Assembly (NCBI GenBank): GCA_035557535.1
Contig: DATMDU010000171.1
Location: 814,622 to 846,621, forward strand
Length of the DNA: 32,000 nt
Reading direction: 5' to 3'
Origin: Pyrinomonadaceae bacterium
Lineage (GTDB): Bacteria > Acidobacteriota > Blastocatellia > Pyrinomonadales > Pyrinomonadaceae
Below the pieces are notes generated by a model. It saw only the letters and a program-made list of their open reading frames with translations. It did not search any database and was not told the DNA's origin. The stretch's first letter is position 1. Each line of letters starts with the position of its first letter. This document shows, piece by piece, positions 9,084-19,319 of the stretch. Position numbers and translations under genes: made by a program.

Positions 9084-10177
9084 GATCGTAAACTAGACGT
9101 CTCTTCCATTGGTTGGACTGAAAACGCCGGCTCGCTTGCGCCGAAGTATCGCCGTTGGAACCAAAGCGAGACATTTACCAGGCCAATCAATACCGGCACC
9201 TCGACCAGCGGTCCGATAACTGCCGCCAACGCAACGCCGGAGCTGATGCCAAAGACGGCAATGGCCACCGCGATGGCCAACTCAAAATTGTTGCTGGCCG
9301 CCGTAAAGGAAAGCGTGGCCGTCTTCGAATAATCCGCACCGAGCTTGTAACCCATATAAAAGCTAACAAGAAACATCACGACAAAATAGATGAGCAGCGG
9401 GATCGCGATGCGCAGCACATCCAAAGGCAGGCGCACGATCAGATTTCCCTTCAGGCTGAACATGACGACGATAGTAAAGAGAAGTGCGAACAAAGTAAGC
9501 GGACTGATTTTCGGAATGAAGACTTCGTGATACCAGTCTTTTCCTTTTGCTTTTACGAGCAGAAAACGGGTGACTATTCCTGCGAGAAACGGAATACCGA
9601 GATAGATAAATACGCTTTCGGCAATCTGGCCGATGCTCACCTGTACAATACTGCCGCGCAATCCAAACACTGGCGGCAGGATCGTGATGAAGAACCAGGC
9701 GTAAACGCTGTAGAAGACAACCTGAAACACGCTGTTGAAAGCGACGAGACCGGCCGCATATTCGTTGTCGCCGCGCGCCAGCTCGTTCCAAACGATGACC
9801 ATCGCGATGCAGCGCGCGAGGCCAATCATAATCAGCCCGACCATGTATTCGGGATAGCCGCGTAGGAACAATACAGCCAAGCCAAACATCAGAATCGGGC
9901 CGATTATCCAGTTCTGCACCAGTGACAGGGTCAGGACTTTCCAGTTGCGGAAAACCTCGCCGAGGTTTTCGTAGCGCACCTTTGCCAGTGGCGGATACAT
10001 CATCAGAATCAAGCCGACGGCAATCGGCACATTCGTCGTGCCTGCCTGAAAAGAATTAATGAAACCTTCGATGCCCGGGTACGCGTAGCCGACTGAAACG
10101 CCAACAGCCATCGTGACGAAAATCCACACCGTCAGAAATCGATCGAGAAAAGAGAGCCGTGGCTTACTGGTTTGCAT
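9080..10177 (-). CDS. acr3: ACR3-family arsenite efflux transporter
   Basis: [24 protein letters not shown]; [20 protein letters not shown]; [40 protein letters not shown]. 4-bp overlap with arsC. Confidence 0.93.
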   Translation of the reverse strand: MQTSKPRLSFLDRFLTVWIFVTMAVGVSVGYAYPGIEGFINSFQAGTTNVPIAVGLILMMYPPLAKVRYENLGEVFRNWKVLTLSLVQNWIIGPILMFGLAVLFLRGYPEYMVGLIMIGLARCIAMVIVWNELARGDNEYAAGLVAFNSVFQVVFYSVYAWFFITILPPVFGLRGSIVQVSIGQIAESVFIYLGIPFLAGIVTRFLLVKAKGKDWYHEVFIPKISPLTLFALLFTIVVMFSLKGNLIVRLPLDVLRIAIPLLIYFVVMFLVSFYMGYKLGADYSKTATLSFTAASNNFELAIAVAIAVFGISSGVALAAVIGPLVEVPVLIGLVNVSLWFQRRYFGASEPAFSVQPMEETSSLRS

Positions 10178-10592
10178 TTGCCGCTAAACTCCGATTTGAG
10201 GGCTGACTTCATATTGCGCTAGGCGAATACGTTCTCAGATTACGATTGGCCGTTATGTGTGTCAAAGTTGAAACTCTTAGGGATGATAGTTAGCAGCCCC
10301 GAGGGCCACGTCAACGACAATCACCTTCGTCTCGCGTGTTGGTTGAGATCAACTTTCACCCCCGGTAGTGGATTCTTGAGTTGAACAACGTCCGCGTCCA
10401 GTGCACTGTGCGGCGAATCACTTCCCTCTCCCAGAACGCCAATTTAGGCTCAACAATTGTCCGGAGCTTACAAGTTTCGAGCCTATCGCGCTAAGCTCGA
10501 GGACTGCGAGAAAATCCTGCGAGCTGCGAAATACCCCCCAACCTCAAGTCCCCACGATTGATAAAGGTTTCTGAATCTGGCAGCACTGCAAG

Positions 10593-10608
10593 TGGTACGG
10601 CTCGTGCA
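10593..10608 (+). promoter_or_regulatory. Candidate sigma-54 promoter upstream of the first universal stress gene
   Basis: TGGtACGgctcgTGCA, GG-N10-GC. 10/12 match to TGGCACG-N4-TTGCW, about 65 bp from the ATG. Confidence 0.6.
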
Positions 10609-10670
10609 CAAGCTCAAGAAGGAGGCATTACGTGCTCCTAAAACATTTTGAGAGTTAGCGACTGACGAGG

Positions 10671-11165
10671 ATGGTACTTATGAAGATCCTATTGGCTGTT
10701 GATGGTTCACCTTGCAGCGATAGTGCAGTTGAAGAGATAGCCCGCAGACCTTGGCCTGCTCGGTCGGAAATCAAAGTCTTGACAGCGTATGAGCTGCCCC
10801 TACCAGCGACTCCGGAAGCCTGGTCTATTCCCACAAACTATTTCGAAGAGTTAGACCGAGCCGCATCAGAGCAAGCTCATGCGGTCGTGGAACGAGCGGT
10901 AGCCAGGCTAAAGGCTGCGATGGGTTCCGAAGCAAACATCAGGGGGGAGGCCGTACCAGGTCCACCCCGAGTGGTGATTTTGGACGAAGCGGAAAGCTGG
11001 GGTGCTGATCTGACCGTAGTCGGCTCTCATGGCTACGGCGTATGGGAACGATTCCTGCTGGGTTCGGTTTCGCAATCGATAGTTTCTCACGCCAAGTGCT
11101 CAGTGGAAGTAGTTCGTTGTGTCAGTAGCCCAGACGTCAACGAAGTCGCGAAGGAAAAGGAATAG
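10671..11165 (+). CDS. Universal stress protein (single UspA domain)
   Basis: MKILLAVDGSPCSDSAVEEI...LTVVGSHGYGVWERFLLGSVSQSIVSHAKCSVEVVR. A second in-frame ATG lies at 10680. Confidence 0.92.
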   Translation: MVLMKILLAVDGSPCSDSAVEEIARRPWPARSEIKVLTAYELPLPATPEAWSIPTNYFEELDRAASEQAHAVVERAVARLKAAMGSEANIRGEAVPGPPRVVILDEAESWGADLTVVGSHGYGVWERFLLGSVSQSIVSHAKCSVEVVRCVSSPDVNEVAKEKE

Positions 11166-11170
11166 TAGTT

Positions 11171-12298
11171 ATGGCCAAAGTATTAATACTGGGAGGCGGC
11201 TTCGGCGGAGTGGTCGCCGCAGAACGTTTAGCTGAGCAACTGGGAGACGAGCATCAGATCACGCTGGTGTCACGTAGTCGATGGTTTGTATTTTATCCCG
11301 CCCTTGTCAGGCTGGCCTTTGGCAAGTGTCAGCGGGAAGACGTTTCATTTAATTTGCGGAATACCCTGCTAAACCAACGAGTCAACTTTATTGAGGCTGA
11401 GGTGGCACGCATTGATCCTGCTGAGCGGACGGTAACGATCGCACATGGTGAGGTAGAAGGACTCCTTTCTTATGATTACCTGATCTTTGCGCTAGGCCGC
11501 AGGCTGGCTACTGAACGTATTACAGGGTTCTATGAACACGCCCATCATCTCCTGAGCGTGGAAAAAGCGCTCAGGTTCAGTAAAGCTATCGCTGAGTTTC
11601 ATGAAGGACGAGCGGTCATTGGCCAGTGTCCTGGTGCACGCCTTCCTGTCCCCGTCTACGAGACTGCCTTTGCGTTGTCGCGGCTGCTCGAAGAGCGCGG
11701 GGAGCGCGAACGCGTAAGAATCACAGTCGTCAGTCCAGACCCGCCCGGCCTGCAACTCGGCGATTCTGAGGTCACCATCGCGCTAAGAAAAGCACTCTCT
11801 ACTCACGATATTGAGTTCCGACCAGATTTCCCCATCGACCGAGTCTCGGCAGGTGCTGCTACAACGAGCAACGGACACGGGATCAACTTCAACCTGCTGA
11901 TGCTACTTCCGCCGTTCCAGGGGTCGGCGGCAGCCTCTTATCTGGGCATTACCAATGATGAGTCGTACATCAATGTGGACTCGAGCATGCGCGTCGTTGG
12001 CGTTGAACGAATATATGCAGTCGGAGACTGCGTGAACTTCAGCGGTCCAAAGATGGGCCACATGGCCGTTCGTCAAGCCGAGGTTGCAGCTACTAACCTG
12101 GCTGCCGAAATCGGAGGACACCTTCCGGTCTCGCACTACGTTCACGACATGAGGCTGGTTATTGATGAGGGTGGCAGTGACAGCATCTATGTGCACAAAG
12201 ATATATGGACTGATGAACCTGCGCGTGTTAGACAAGGCCGCTTCTGGAGTTGGGCAAAGCGCGCGCAGGAAAAATATTGGGAGGCCGCGCATTCGTAA
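11171..12298 (+). CDS. NAD(P)/FAD-dependent oxidoreductase (sulfide:quinone reductase / NDH-2-like)
   Basis: KVLILGGGFGGVVAAERLAEQLG N-terminal GxGxxG; SVDSSMRVVGVERIYAVGDCVNFSGPKMGHMAVRQAEVAATNLAAEI-type C-terminal FAD motif. Confidence 0.88.
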   Translation: MAKVLILGGGFGGVVAAERLAEQLGDEHQITLVSRSRWFVFYPALVRLAFGKCQREDVSFNLRNTLLNQRVNFIEAEVARIDPAERTVTIAHGEVEGLLSYDYLIFALGRRLATERITGFYEHAHHLLSVEKALRFSKAIAEFHEGRAVIGQCPGARLPVPVYETAFALSRLLEERGERERVRITVVSPDPPGLQLGDSEVTIALRKALSTHDIEFRPDFPIDRVSAGAATTSNGHGINFNLLMLLPPFQGSAAASYLGITNDESYINVDSSMRVVGVERIYAVGDCVNFSGPKMGHMAVRQAEVAATNLAAEIGGHLPVSHYVHDMRLVIDEGGSDSIYVHKDIWTDEPARVRQGRFWSWAKRAQEKYWEAAHS

Positions 12299-13723
12299 GT
12301 GAACGTAGCAGAGCTTCGACAAGTCGAACCGGGCACCCCTGCTTTGGCCAGCGAACAATCGATCAAGGCTGTTTTGAGTAATTCACCGCTCAGCAAGCTG
12401 GCTAGCAGATGGTTTGTGGCAGGCCTCTTAGCCATAGTGCTTGTTATCTCGTCGTGGCTTTGGATTAAGGATCCGCTGTTTGCCAGGGCGCTCGCTATTG
12501 CGGGAATCTGTCTAACGCTTTGGCTCACTGAAGTTGTACCACCCTATGTGCCTACTCTCTTGCTGTGGGCATTAACTCCGCTGCTGCTGGGCGGACATGG
12601 AGAGCAGTTTTACCTGGCGCGTGTCTTAGGGTGGTCGGCAAATCCGGTGCTGGCTCTCTTTCTAGGTGGGTTCGCACTTAGCGTGGCGGCAAGCCGTCAT
12701 GGAATAGACAATCTCATCGCGCGTCTTGCCGTTCGCTTGTCTGGCGGGAACCGGCTCGGCTTGGTGGCACTTGTCATCGCAGCCACTGCCATGCTTTCGA
12801 TGTGGATGTCCAACATTGCAGCAGCGGCAATGATGTTGGTAGCTCTTCATCCACTATTTGTGGGAACCCCCAAGAACAATCGCTTTCGTCGCGCCACGCT
12901 AATGGGAATCGCGCTTGGCGCAAACTTCGGCGGCATTGCTACCCCCATCGGCACTGGGCCGAATGCAATCGCAATCGCGGCTATATCCAATAGCGTGCGA
13001 GTGACCTTTCTCGACTGGATGGTGTTTGCACTGCCGCTGGCATTCGGCCTGATGATCGCCGGAACACTACTTCTAACTGCGAGGTTCCATCTTCCCGGCT
13101 CGACTGAGTTGCCAGGCATTCCCGTCAGAGCTCCTGACCGTCGCCGCCGCCTCGTGATGCTTTTGTTCTGTGCCACAGTCGCGGCTTGGTTGACAGAGCC
13201 ATTCCACGGAACTTCATCTGCAATCGTGGCCCTAATCGCTACTGGGGTTTTGTTTGGCTCGGGACTCCTGCACCGCGAAGACATTAAGCGAATCGACTGG
13301 TCTACACTTGGTTTGATTGCCGGCGGGATCGGTCTGGGAACGCTACTGGACCAAGCGGGACTATCGAAGTTTGCTGGCGCTGCAGTACCCTGGCAAGAGA
13401 TCCCTCAGGTCGCGCGTCTATTCATGCTTTGTTTCACTGCTGCTTTGCTTGCGTCGTTAATGAGTAACACAGCATCCGTAACGATGCTAATTCCATTAGC
13501 GGCGGCAATCGATCCTGCGCCTTCGACTGCCATACTAATCGCTATTGCTGCCTCGTTCGGAATTCCTTTCGTCATCAGCACACCACCAAATGCGATGATT
13601 TATGGCGAGGGCGGGATTACTTTCTCCGACCTGGCTGTACCAGGATTGATTTTGATGATTTTGGGTTGCATTCTGGTAAGCACTACCGGTCCCTCTGTAC
13701 TCAGGATGGTAGGTATTCCGTAA
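12299..13723 (+). CDS. SLC13/DASS-family anion:sodium symporter-like membrane protein, GTG start
   Basis: Multiple TM segments; LTEVVPPYVPTLLLWALTPLLL; MWMSNIAAAAMMLVALHPL; GANFGGIATPIGTGPNAIAIAAI; SNTASVTMLIPLAAAI. Start codon abuts the upstream stop (TAAGTG). Confidence 0.88.
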   Translation: MNVAELRQVEPGTPALASEQSIKAVLSNSPLSKLASRWFVAGLLAIVLVISSWLWIKDPLFARALAIAGICLTLWLTEVVPPYVPTLLLWALTPLLLGGHGEQFYLARVLGWSANPVLALFLGGFALSVAASRHGIDNLIARLAVRLSGGNRLGLVALVIAATAMLSMWMSNIAAAAMMLVALHPLFVGTPKNNRFRRATLMGIALGANFGGIATPIGTGPNAIAIAAISNSVRVTFLDWMVFALPLAFGLMIAGTLLLTARFHLPGSTELPGIPVRAPDRRRRLVMLLFCATVAAWLTEPFHGTSSAIVALIATGVLFGSGLLHREDIKRIDWSTLGLIAGGIGLGTLLDQAGLSKFAGAAVPWQEIPQVARLFMLCFTAALLASLMSNTASVTMLIPLAAAIDPAPSTAILIAIAASFGIPFVISTPPNAMIYGEGGITFSDLAVPGLILMILGCILVSTTGPSVLRMVGIP

Positions 13724-13845
13724 CCCTCCAACGTGGCAAGACGGGACACGGCATGCTAGCGGGCTTTTCCTCACAGAAAGCGAAAGTTTCCCCAGCCCAA
13801 CTCAATAAAACGCCCGCTCACCCAAAGATTTCCACAATATCTTCT

Positions 13846-13861
13846 CGGCATCTTCATTGCA
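13846..13861 (+). promoter_or_regulatory. Candidate sigma-54 promoter upstream of the DksA-like gene
   Basis: cGGCAtcttcaTTGCA, GG(13847-13848)-N10-GC(13859-13860). 9/12 consensus match. Confidence 0.5.
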
Positions 13862-13904
13862 TTGTGAGAGTTGGAGATAACGCATTCCTATGGAGGCAAG
13901 CACC

Positions 13905-14606
13905 ATGAGTACAAATTCGATTCGTTTGGCTGAGATTCCGATTGACGGAAATGGGGGTTTGGTTTGGAACCGACTGCACTCCGAACGAGAAGACGTTTGC
14001 GAAGCGCTGCTCAAAGAACATGTCGCAGGTTCTGAAGCTGAGACGCTAATGCAGGAGATGTCGAAGGAGGATTCCATCCGAGCCGCAGACTGGCATCGGG
14101 AGCTGCTTCAAGCGCGGTTACGCAAGATCGACGACGCGCTCGATCGGCTAATGTCAGGTTCGTATGGCGACTGCAGTAAGTGCGGCAAATGGATTGAAGA
14201 CACGAAGCTCGAGTTCGATCCCGCAATTGCATTCTGCATTAGTTGCTGGGAACGTGAACAACGACAGAATGAGCAAACGTCGCTATCCGGCGTGGCGCTG
14301 GAGACACTCGCACCCTTCGATACGATTTGGGCACGAACGCATAACAGCGATTATCGCATCTTGCTTCTCGATCCCAAGACCGGGCGCGCACTCTTGGAAG
14401 GTGGACAGTTTGCAGAGCCGGTGGAAGGAGTGGTGTATGGTTCCACCTTAGGAAGTTCCACGTTTAAGGTTGGATGGATTGGCGTAGGACTTCGCATAGA
14501 ATTCTGGACCAACGGCACCATCGTTAGCACATCAGCCGTTCAATCAGTTCGCGTCGAGCACTGTACTTTGTCTGATCCATTAGCGTGTATGTCGGTAGTC
14601 CACTGA
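13905..14606 (+). CDS. TraR/DksA-type C4 zinc-finger protein with an additional C-terminal domain
   Basis: LRKIDDALDRLMSGSYGDCSKCGKWIEDTKLEFDPAIAFCISCWEREQ (CxxC-N17-CxxC). GGAGG sits before the ATG at 13905. About 120 aa of unassigned sequence follow. Confidence 0.85.
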   Translation: MSTNSIRLAEIPIDGNGGLVWNRLHSEREDVCEALLKEHVAGSEAETLMQEMSKEDSIRAADWHRELLQARLRKIDDALDRLMSGSYGDCSKCGKWIEDTKLEFDPAIAFCISCWEREQRQNEQTSLSGVALETLAPFDTIWARTHNSDYRILLLDPKTGRALLEGGQFAEPVEGVVYGSTLGSSTFKVGWIGVGLRIEFWTNGTIVSTSAVQSVRVEHCTLSDPLACMSVVH

Positions 14607-14661
14607 AATTGTCAGCCAGGCTGGCGGCGATTTCTGGAACGCGGAGACGTAGATGGAGAAA

Positions 14662-15717
14662 ATGAAAGCAAACATTTTTCACGGCAAGAACGACATCCGG
14701 GTGGAAGAGGTTGAAAGACCACGAGCCGGAGTAAAGGAAGCCGTAATCCGTGTGACTCTGACGACGATCTGTGGCACGGACCTGCACATCGTCCGGGGCG
14801 AATACCCAGTCGCACCCGGTCTTGTGATAGGTCATGAGCCCGTTGGTGTGATTGAGGAAATTGGCGAGGGCATCACCGGATATCAGATTGGCGATCGGGT
14901 ATTGGTCGGTGCAATCACTCCATGCGGTCAATGCCGCGCCTGCTTGTCAGGACATGCCTCGCAGTGCGGGCATGGCGAGGGTTACGAGGCACTTGGTGGT
15001 TGGCGCTTCGGCAACACAATCAACGGTGCGCAGGCCGAGTATCTCCGAGTCCCGAGTGCCCAAGCCAATCTGGCAAGGATTCCTGACGAGTTGACCGACG
15101 AACAAGTTGTTCTACTCGCTGACATCGCTTCCACCGGATTCGGCGGCGCCGAGTCCGCTAATATCAAGATAGGTGACGCGGTCGTTGTCTTCGCGCAGGG
15201 ACCAATCGGCTTGTGCGCAACGGCAGGTGCCAAACTGATGGGAGCTTCCTTAATCATCGGAGTCGATGGAGACGATCATCGCCTTGCCATGTCGAAACGG
15301 ATGGGCGCGGACATAACCCTGGATTATCGAGCTGTTGATATTGTCGCAGAGGTAAAGCGGCTGACTGGAGGTGGCGCTGATGTAGCAATCGAGGCGCTCG
15401 GGACGCAACAGACCTTTGAAAGTGCTTTACGCAGCTTGCGGCCGGCAGGAACGTTATCGAGCCTTGGGGTTTATTCAGGCAAACTCGAAATTCCGTATGA
15501 AGCATTCGCAGCCGGTATCGGCGATCACAAGATCGTCACGACGCTTTGTCCTGGTGGCAAAGAGCGCATGCGCCGATTGATGGAGGTTGTCCGCCACGGG
15601 CGCGTGGATCTAAGACCTTTGCTAACACACACCTTCACGCTAGATCAGATTGGTGAAGCTTACGAACTCTTCGGAGAACGCCGCGACGGAGTCATGAAAG
15701 TAGCCATCAAGCCTTAG
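14662..15717 (+). CDS. Zinc-dependent alcohol dehydrogenase family protein
   Basis: TTICGTDLHIVRGEYPVAPGLVIGHEPVGVIEEIGEGITGYQIGDRVLVGAITPCGQCRACLSGHASQC; Rossmann region. An upstream in-frame ATG lies at 14653. Confidence 0.93.
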   Translation: MKANIFHGKNDIRVEEVERPRAGVKEAVIRVTLTTICGTDLHIVRGEYPVAPGLVIGHEPVGVIEEIGEGITGYQIGDRVLVGAITPCGQCRACLSGHASQCGHGEGYEALGGWRFGNTINGAQAEYLRVPSAQANLARIPDELTDEQVVLLADIASTGFGGAESANIKIGDAVVVFAQGPIGLCATAGAKLMGASLIIGVDGDDHRLAMSKRMGADITLDYRAVDIVAEVKRLTGGGADVAIEALGTQQTFESALRSLRPAGTLSSLGVYSGKLEIPYEAFAAGIGDHKIVTTLCPGGKERMRRLMEVVRHGRVDLRPLLTHTFTLDQIGEAYELFGERRDGVMKVAIKP

Positions 15718-15755
15718 TTAATTAGGTCGTACTTAACTGAAAAGGAACAAGGCAC

Positions 15756-16697
15756 ATGAACAAGCAAATGAAAATACTGATTGCCTACGATGGCTCTGAA
15801 TGCGGCGATGGTGCACTCGAGGATTTGAAAAGTGCGGGATTGCCAAAAACGGCCGAAGCCTTGGTTATGACTATGGCCGACGTCTTCCTTCCTCCGCCGA
15901 TCAATGAAGAGATTGATAACACCTTTCCAATGTATGTGCCGGCGGGTGTGAAGCGTGCTCACGAACGCGCGGAACGCAAGCTAAAAGAAGCGGAGTCGAT
16001 GGCAAAACGGGCCGGGGAACAGATCAAGAAGAGTTTTCCCGAGTGGCATGTCCGCCACGAGGCAATCGCTGATTCACCCGCCTGGGCAATCATAAGAACA
16101 GCCGACCAGTGGAAACCCGATTTGGTAGTAGTTGGAGCGCAGGGTCATTCGGTTCTGGGTGGAAGGTTGATTCTGGGAAGCATCTCCCAAAGAGTTCTTT
16201 ATGAGGCGGGTTGTTCTGTTCGCATCGCGCGTGGCAGGCAGAGGGACAGTGCCTCTCCGCTGCGGCTTCTAATAGGCGTAGACAATTCGCCGTATTCAAA
16301 CGCCGCAATAGAGGCCGTTTGCCGACGCGAGTGGCCCAAAGGAACTGAAGTACGCCTGCTTGCAGTAGTCGATACTGTGATGGCGATTACGCCAGATCCA
16401 GCTCAACCGTCCGTAGTGAAATGGATTGAAGTAGGAAACGAAGACAACTGGGATGAGGTCCGCCAGCTCTTCCAACCGTCGGCAGATTGCCTTCGCTCTG
16501 CCGGACTTGATGCAGCAGTAATGATCAGGAGAGGCAATCCAACCAACGAACTCCTGGACGAAGCCGAAAGCTGGGGTGCGGACTGTATTTTCCTGGGCCC
16601 GAAGGGCACGCGCGGAATAGACCGCTTGCTTCTTGGCAGCGTTTCGTCGGCAGTCTCCGCGCGGGCAGGTTGCTCAGTCGAGATTGTAAGGTCGTAA
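15756..16697 (+). CDS. Universal stress protein, tandem UspA domains
   Basis: MKILIAYDGSECGDGALEDL...LVVVGAQGHSVLGGRLILGSISQRVLYEAGCSVRIAR and LRLLIGVDNSPYSNAAIEAV...GPKGTRGIDRLLLGSVSSAVSARAGCSVEIVRS. Confidence 0.92.
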   Translation: MNKQMKILIAYDGSECGDGALEDLKSAGLPKTAEALVMTMADVFLPPPINEEIDNTFPMYVPAGVKRAHERAERKLKEAESMAKRAGEQIKKSFPEWHVRHEAIADSPAWAIIRTADQWKPDLVVVGAQGHSVLGGRLILGSISQRVLYEAGCSVRIARGRQRDSASPLRLLIGVDNSPYSNAAIEAVCRREWPKGTEVRLLAVVDTVMAITPDPAQPSVVKWIEVGNEDNWDEVRQLFQPSADCLRSAGLDAAVMIRRGNPTNELLDEAESWGADCIFLGPKGTRGIDRLLLGSVSSAVSARAGCSVEIVRS

Positions 16698-16739
16698 GTC
16701 GTAACTCAACAGGAGGTGCCTACACGAGGCCTCAATGTG

Positions 16740-17738
16740 ATGATCAGAATCAACCGAATACTCTGTCCGACTGATATGTCTACGGAAGCCGACCAGGCAT
16801 TAGGTTATGCCTTGGCGCTCTCCCAGGCTTACGAAGCGAAGCTTGTAGTTTGTTACTGTGCCAAGGTCGCGGAGATGGTCGGCGAAACTTCATACCTCGC
16901 CGGTGCGACGGTGCGATCATCGGAAGTCGGCTACGCCCTGTCGCGAGGGCGAGTTAAGGAACTCTTCGAAGGTTCGCTAGTCAAGCTCCTTGGACCGGTC
17001 GCTTATGCGAATCTCAATTGGGAAGCGATGGTCATCGAAGGCGACGATGTAGGAGAAGCGATAACTCAAACCGCAAGTGAACAAAGTATCGATCTCATCG
17101 TAATGCGCTCGCGCCGCCGTCCACATCGCGCCGCTGTGTTAGGTTCAACTGCTGAATGGGTTTGTCGCACAGCTCCTTGTCCAGTGTTGGTGACTCACAC
17201 TGATGAACGTGAATGGGTGGATCAACCGGATGGCAAGATAAAGCTGGAGCGGTTGCTTGTCGCTTACGACTTCTCCGATTATTCAGAACTGGCCTTGAAA
17301 TATGCCTTATCGCTCGCCCAGGAGCACCAAGCCGAATTGCATCTCTTGCATGTGTTACCTCGCAACAGTGTCAGCGAGCCAGAATTAGCGTGGTATCCCA
17401 TGGGCAAGGACACTGCCTACCATCAAGCTGCGCGGCGTTTGCAGAGGGCTGTTCCGCAAGAGACTCACCTTTGGTGTGAGATCAAACATGCCGTAGCTGA
17501 GGGTCAACCTTACCGTGAGATCTTGAACTACGCGGAAAAGCATTCGATTGATCTAATCAGCCTGGGTGCTCATGGCGCCGGCTTCGGCATGCCCACGTTG
17601 TTCGGATCCAACGTCGATCGTGTCTTGCGCCAGGCACCTTGTCCCGTACTTGTGGCGAGGCCCTTGAAGCCGACAATATCAGAACCTTTGACGAGCGGTC
17701 TGACGAACGCTGCGATTCAAGTTGGAAGATCTCTTTGA
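16740..17738 (+). CDS. Universal stress protein, tandem UspA domains
   Basis: INRILCPTDMSTEADQALGYALALSQAY...GSTAEWVCRTAPCPVLVTH and KLERLLVAYDFSDYSELALKYALSLAQEHQ...GAHGAGFGMPTLFGSNVDRVLRQAPCPVLVAR. The track's GTG at 16716 overlaps an AGGAGG, so ATG 16740 or GTG 16737 is preferred. Confidence 0.9.
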   Translation: MIRINRILCPTDMSTEADQALGYALALSQAYEAKLVVCYCAKVAEMVGETSYLAGATVRSSEVGYALSRGRVKELFEGSLVKLLGPVAYANLNWEAMVIEGDDVGEAITQTASEQSIDLIVMRSRRRPHRAAVLGSTAEWVCRTAPCPVLVTHTDEREWVDQPDGKIKLERLLVAYDFSDYSELALKYALSLAQEHQAELHLLHVLPRNSVSEPELAWYPMGKDTAYHQAARRLQRAVPQETHLWCEIKHAVAEGQPYREILNYAEKHSIDLISLGAHGAGFGMPTLFGSNVDRVLRQAPCPVLVARPLKPTISEPLTSGLTNAAIQVGRSL

Positions 17739-17844
17739 CTAGATCTCAAGCCTCATCCCTTCAAACTGGCATCGGTACGAAGCTACGATAATTTGTTCTT
17801 AAATTGAACCGCAGTATATATGAAATCTGGCAAACGCCTAGTCC

Positions 17845-18315
17845 CTAGTGGTTGAGCTTCCAAAGAGCATAGCCCCACCAAACCGCATAGACGCGGTAGA
17901 TCAAGTACGGCACTAACGACCACGCGGCAAGCCTATCAAGCTGAATCAGACAGAGCAGCAACGGAATGTCCATCACTGGAAACACACAGCCCACGATAAA
18001 ACTAAGTCTTAAGTTTCGGGCGCGGAAAATGATGTAGTTTGTGAGGGCGTTAACGGTCATCATGAATAGTACAAGCGCGAGAGCCGAGCTTCTGAGCATC
18101 GAGCCATCCAGTCTCAGAAGGCGGTAAGTGACAAAACCAAAGATCAGGTAGTAGACCCCGCCAATGATTGACCATATCCAAAGCGGGGCAGAGTAAGGCG
18201 GGAATTTGAGGGTTGAGAAGAACGCCTTAACGTTCCTACCGGCGCACGCACCCTCTAAGGCGGCGGCCAGGGCGCAGACTACGCACGAAAGCAGAAGGGC
18301 GTAACCGAAAGACAT
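17845..18315 (-). CDS. TspO/MBR family protein
   Basis: Five-TM protein: FFSTLKFPPYSAPLWIWSIIGGVYYLIFGFVTYRLL...VVWWGYALWKLN-type C-terminus. Confidence 0.8.
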   Translation of the reverse strand: MSFGYALLLSCVVCALAAALEGACAGRNVKAFFSTLKFPPYSAPLWIWSIIGGVYYLIFGFVTYRLLRLDGSMLRSSALALVLFMMTVNALTNYIIFRARNLRLSFIVGCVFPVMDIPLLLCLIQLDRLAAWSLVPYLIYRVYAVWWGYALWKLNH

Positions 18316-18481
18316 AATCGCATTCTAGCCCAACGGAGTTCTCGGAGTGCTCCCCAGCGTCCGCTTTTGTCTGTGTGTCAACAATAAACCCCAATCTCTA
18401 ATTCGAAGGACGCTGAAGAACGGTCAAGCTGGATTGACTTCAACCCACACCTCGATTCTGGTAAGATTTCACCACCTTTAG

Positions 18482-18880
18482 ATGGCTACACCACAACTCA
18501 TATCGGGATTCGATCTGCGTGCCCTGCTTATTATTGCCGCGCTCTCCACTTTGTGTATCTCAAACAATGTGGGGCCGAGTTTTCTCCCATTGCCGGTCGT
18601 AACGGACCGCCTGGCAGAAAACCCGCAAGCAAATCAGCGCGATACAGCATCACGACACCCGTCTCCTACGGATTCTGATAGTTTCCGGGTACCGATGATG
18701 GGTCACACGCAGAAGAAGCGTGCGGCCCAGCAGCTTCAGCATCTTGACACAACGCTAACGGCTGGCTTTGTACTGCCAGTCGACGCGCGAGTTGCTGCCG
18801 AATCTAGTTTCCCGATCTTCCTCCTCCCACCTGCATCGGTGTCACAACCTCCTGGCCGGGCGCCGCCTCGTTTAGTCTAA
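18482..18880 (+). CDS. Hypothetical protein with N-terminal hydrophobic segment
   Basis: 132 aa ORF with LRALLIIAALSTLCISNNVG hydrophobic stretch. No recognised family. Confidence 0.35.
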   Translation: MATPQLISGFDLRALLIIAALSTLCISNNVGPSFLPLPVVTDRLAENPQANQRDTASRHPSPTDSDSFRVPMMGHTQKKRAAQQLQHLDTTLTAGFVLPVDARVAAESSFPIFLLPPASVSQPPGRAPPRLV

Positions 18881-18996
18881 ATCACACTCGATAAGAATAG
18901 TCTCGGATCTCCGCGCTGCACGCATTGCGGTGCGGAGCCATACGTCCAATCCAGGGACAAGCGCGCCTGACTTTCAGGCGAACGAGGAGCAATTCA

Positions 18997-19149
18997 ATGA
19001 GTAACACTGCAATCTTCATCCTAGTAGCCATTGTAGTTATCGGCGGAATTTTCTGGCTCGTTATTTATTCGGGCCGTCGCGGTGAAAAGCACAGGCAAAA
19101 GACAAGTATCAAAGTGTCGGACTCTCCGGACGGAGGGACGACCGGTTGA
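18997..19149 (+). CDS. Small single-TM membrane protein
   Basis: MSNTAIFILVAIVVIGGIFWLVIYSGRRGEKHRQ, with ACGAGGAG ribosome-binding sequence before the ATG. Confidence 0.5.
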   Translation: MSNTAIFILVAIVVIGGIFWLVIYSGRRGEKHRQKTSIKVSDSPDGGTTG

Positions 19150-19319
19150 TATTTTGAACTCCTCTCATTCTTGGCCAAACACACCGGAGAAACCCCAGGG
19201 TGTGAAGCTCGAAGTGGGAGAGCCAACCCTGCTCGCCGTGGTCAGGGCCAATGAACTGCGGCGAGTATTGGGTTGTTGCAAGGCGGCATTCACGTATGCA
19301 TTTAGCTGGAGACAGATGG

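Noticed and set aside
9155-9865. 236 aa plus-strand ORF opposite acr3
   Set aside because: Charge-rich sequence with no domain, fully antisense to a clear ACR3 transporter.
10178-10592. Possible ArsR regulator or decayed gene upstream of acr3
   Set aside because: Translating the region gave only short interrupted peptides with no ArsR-like helix-turn-helix.
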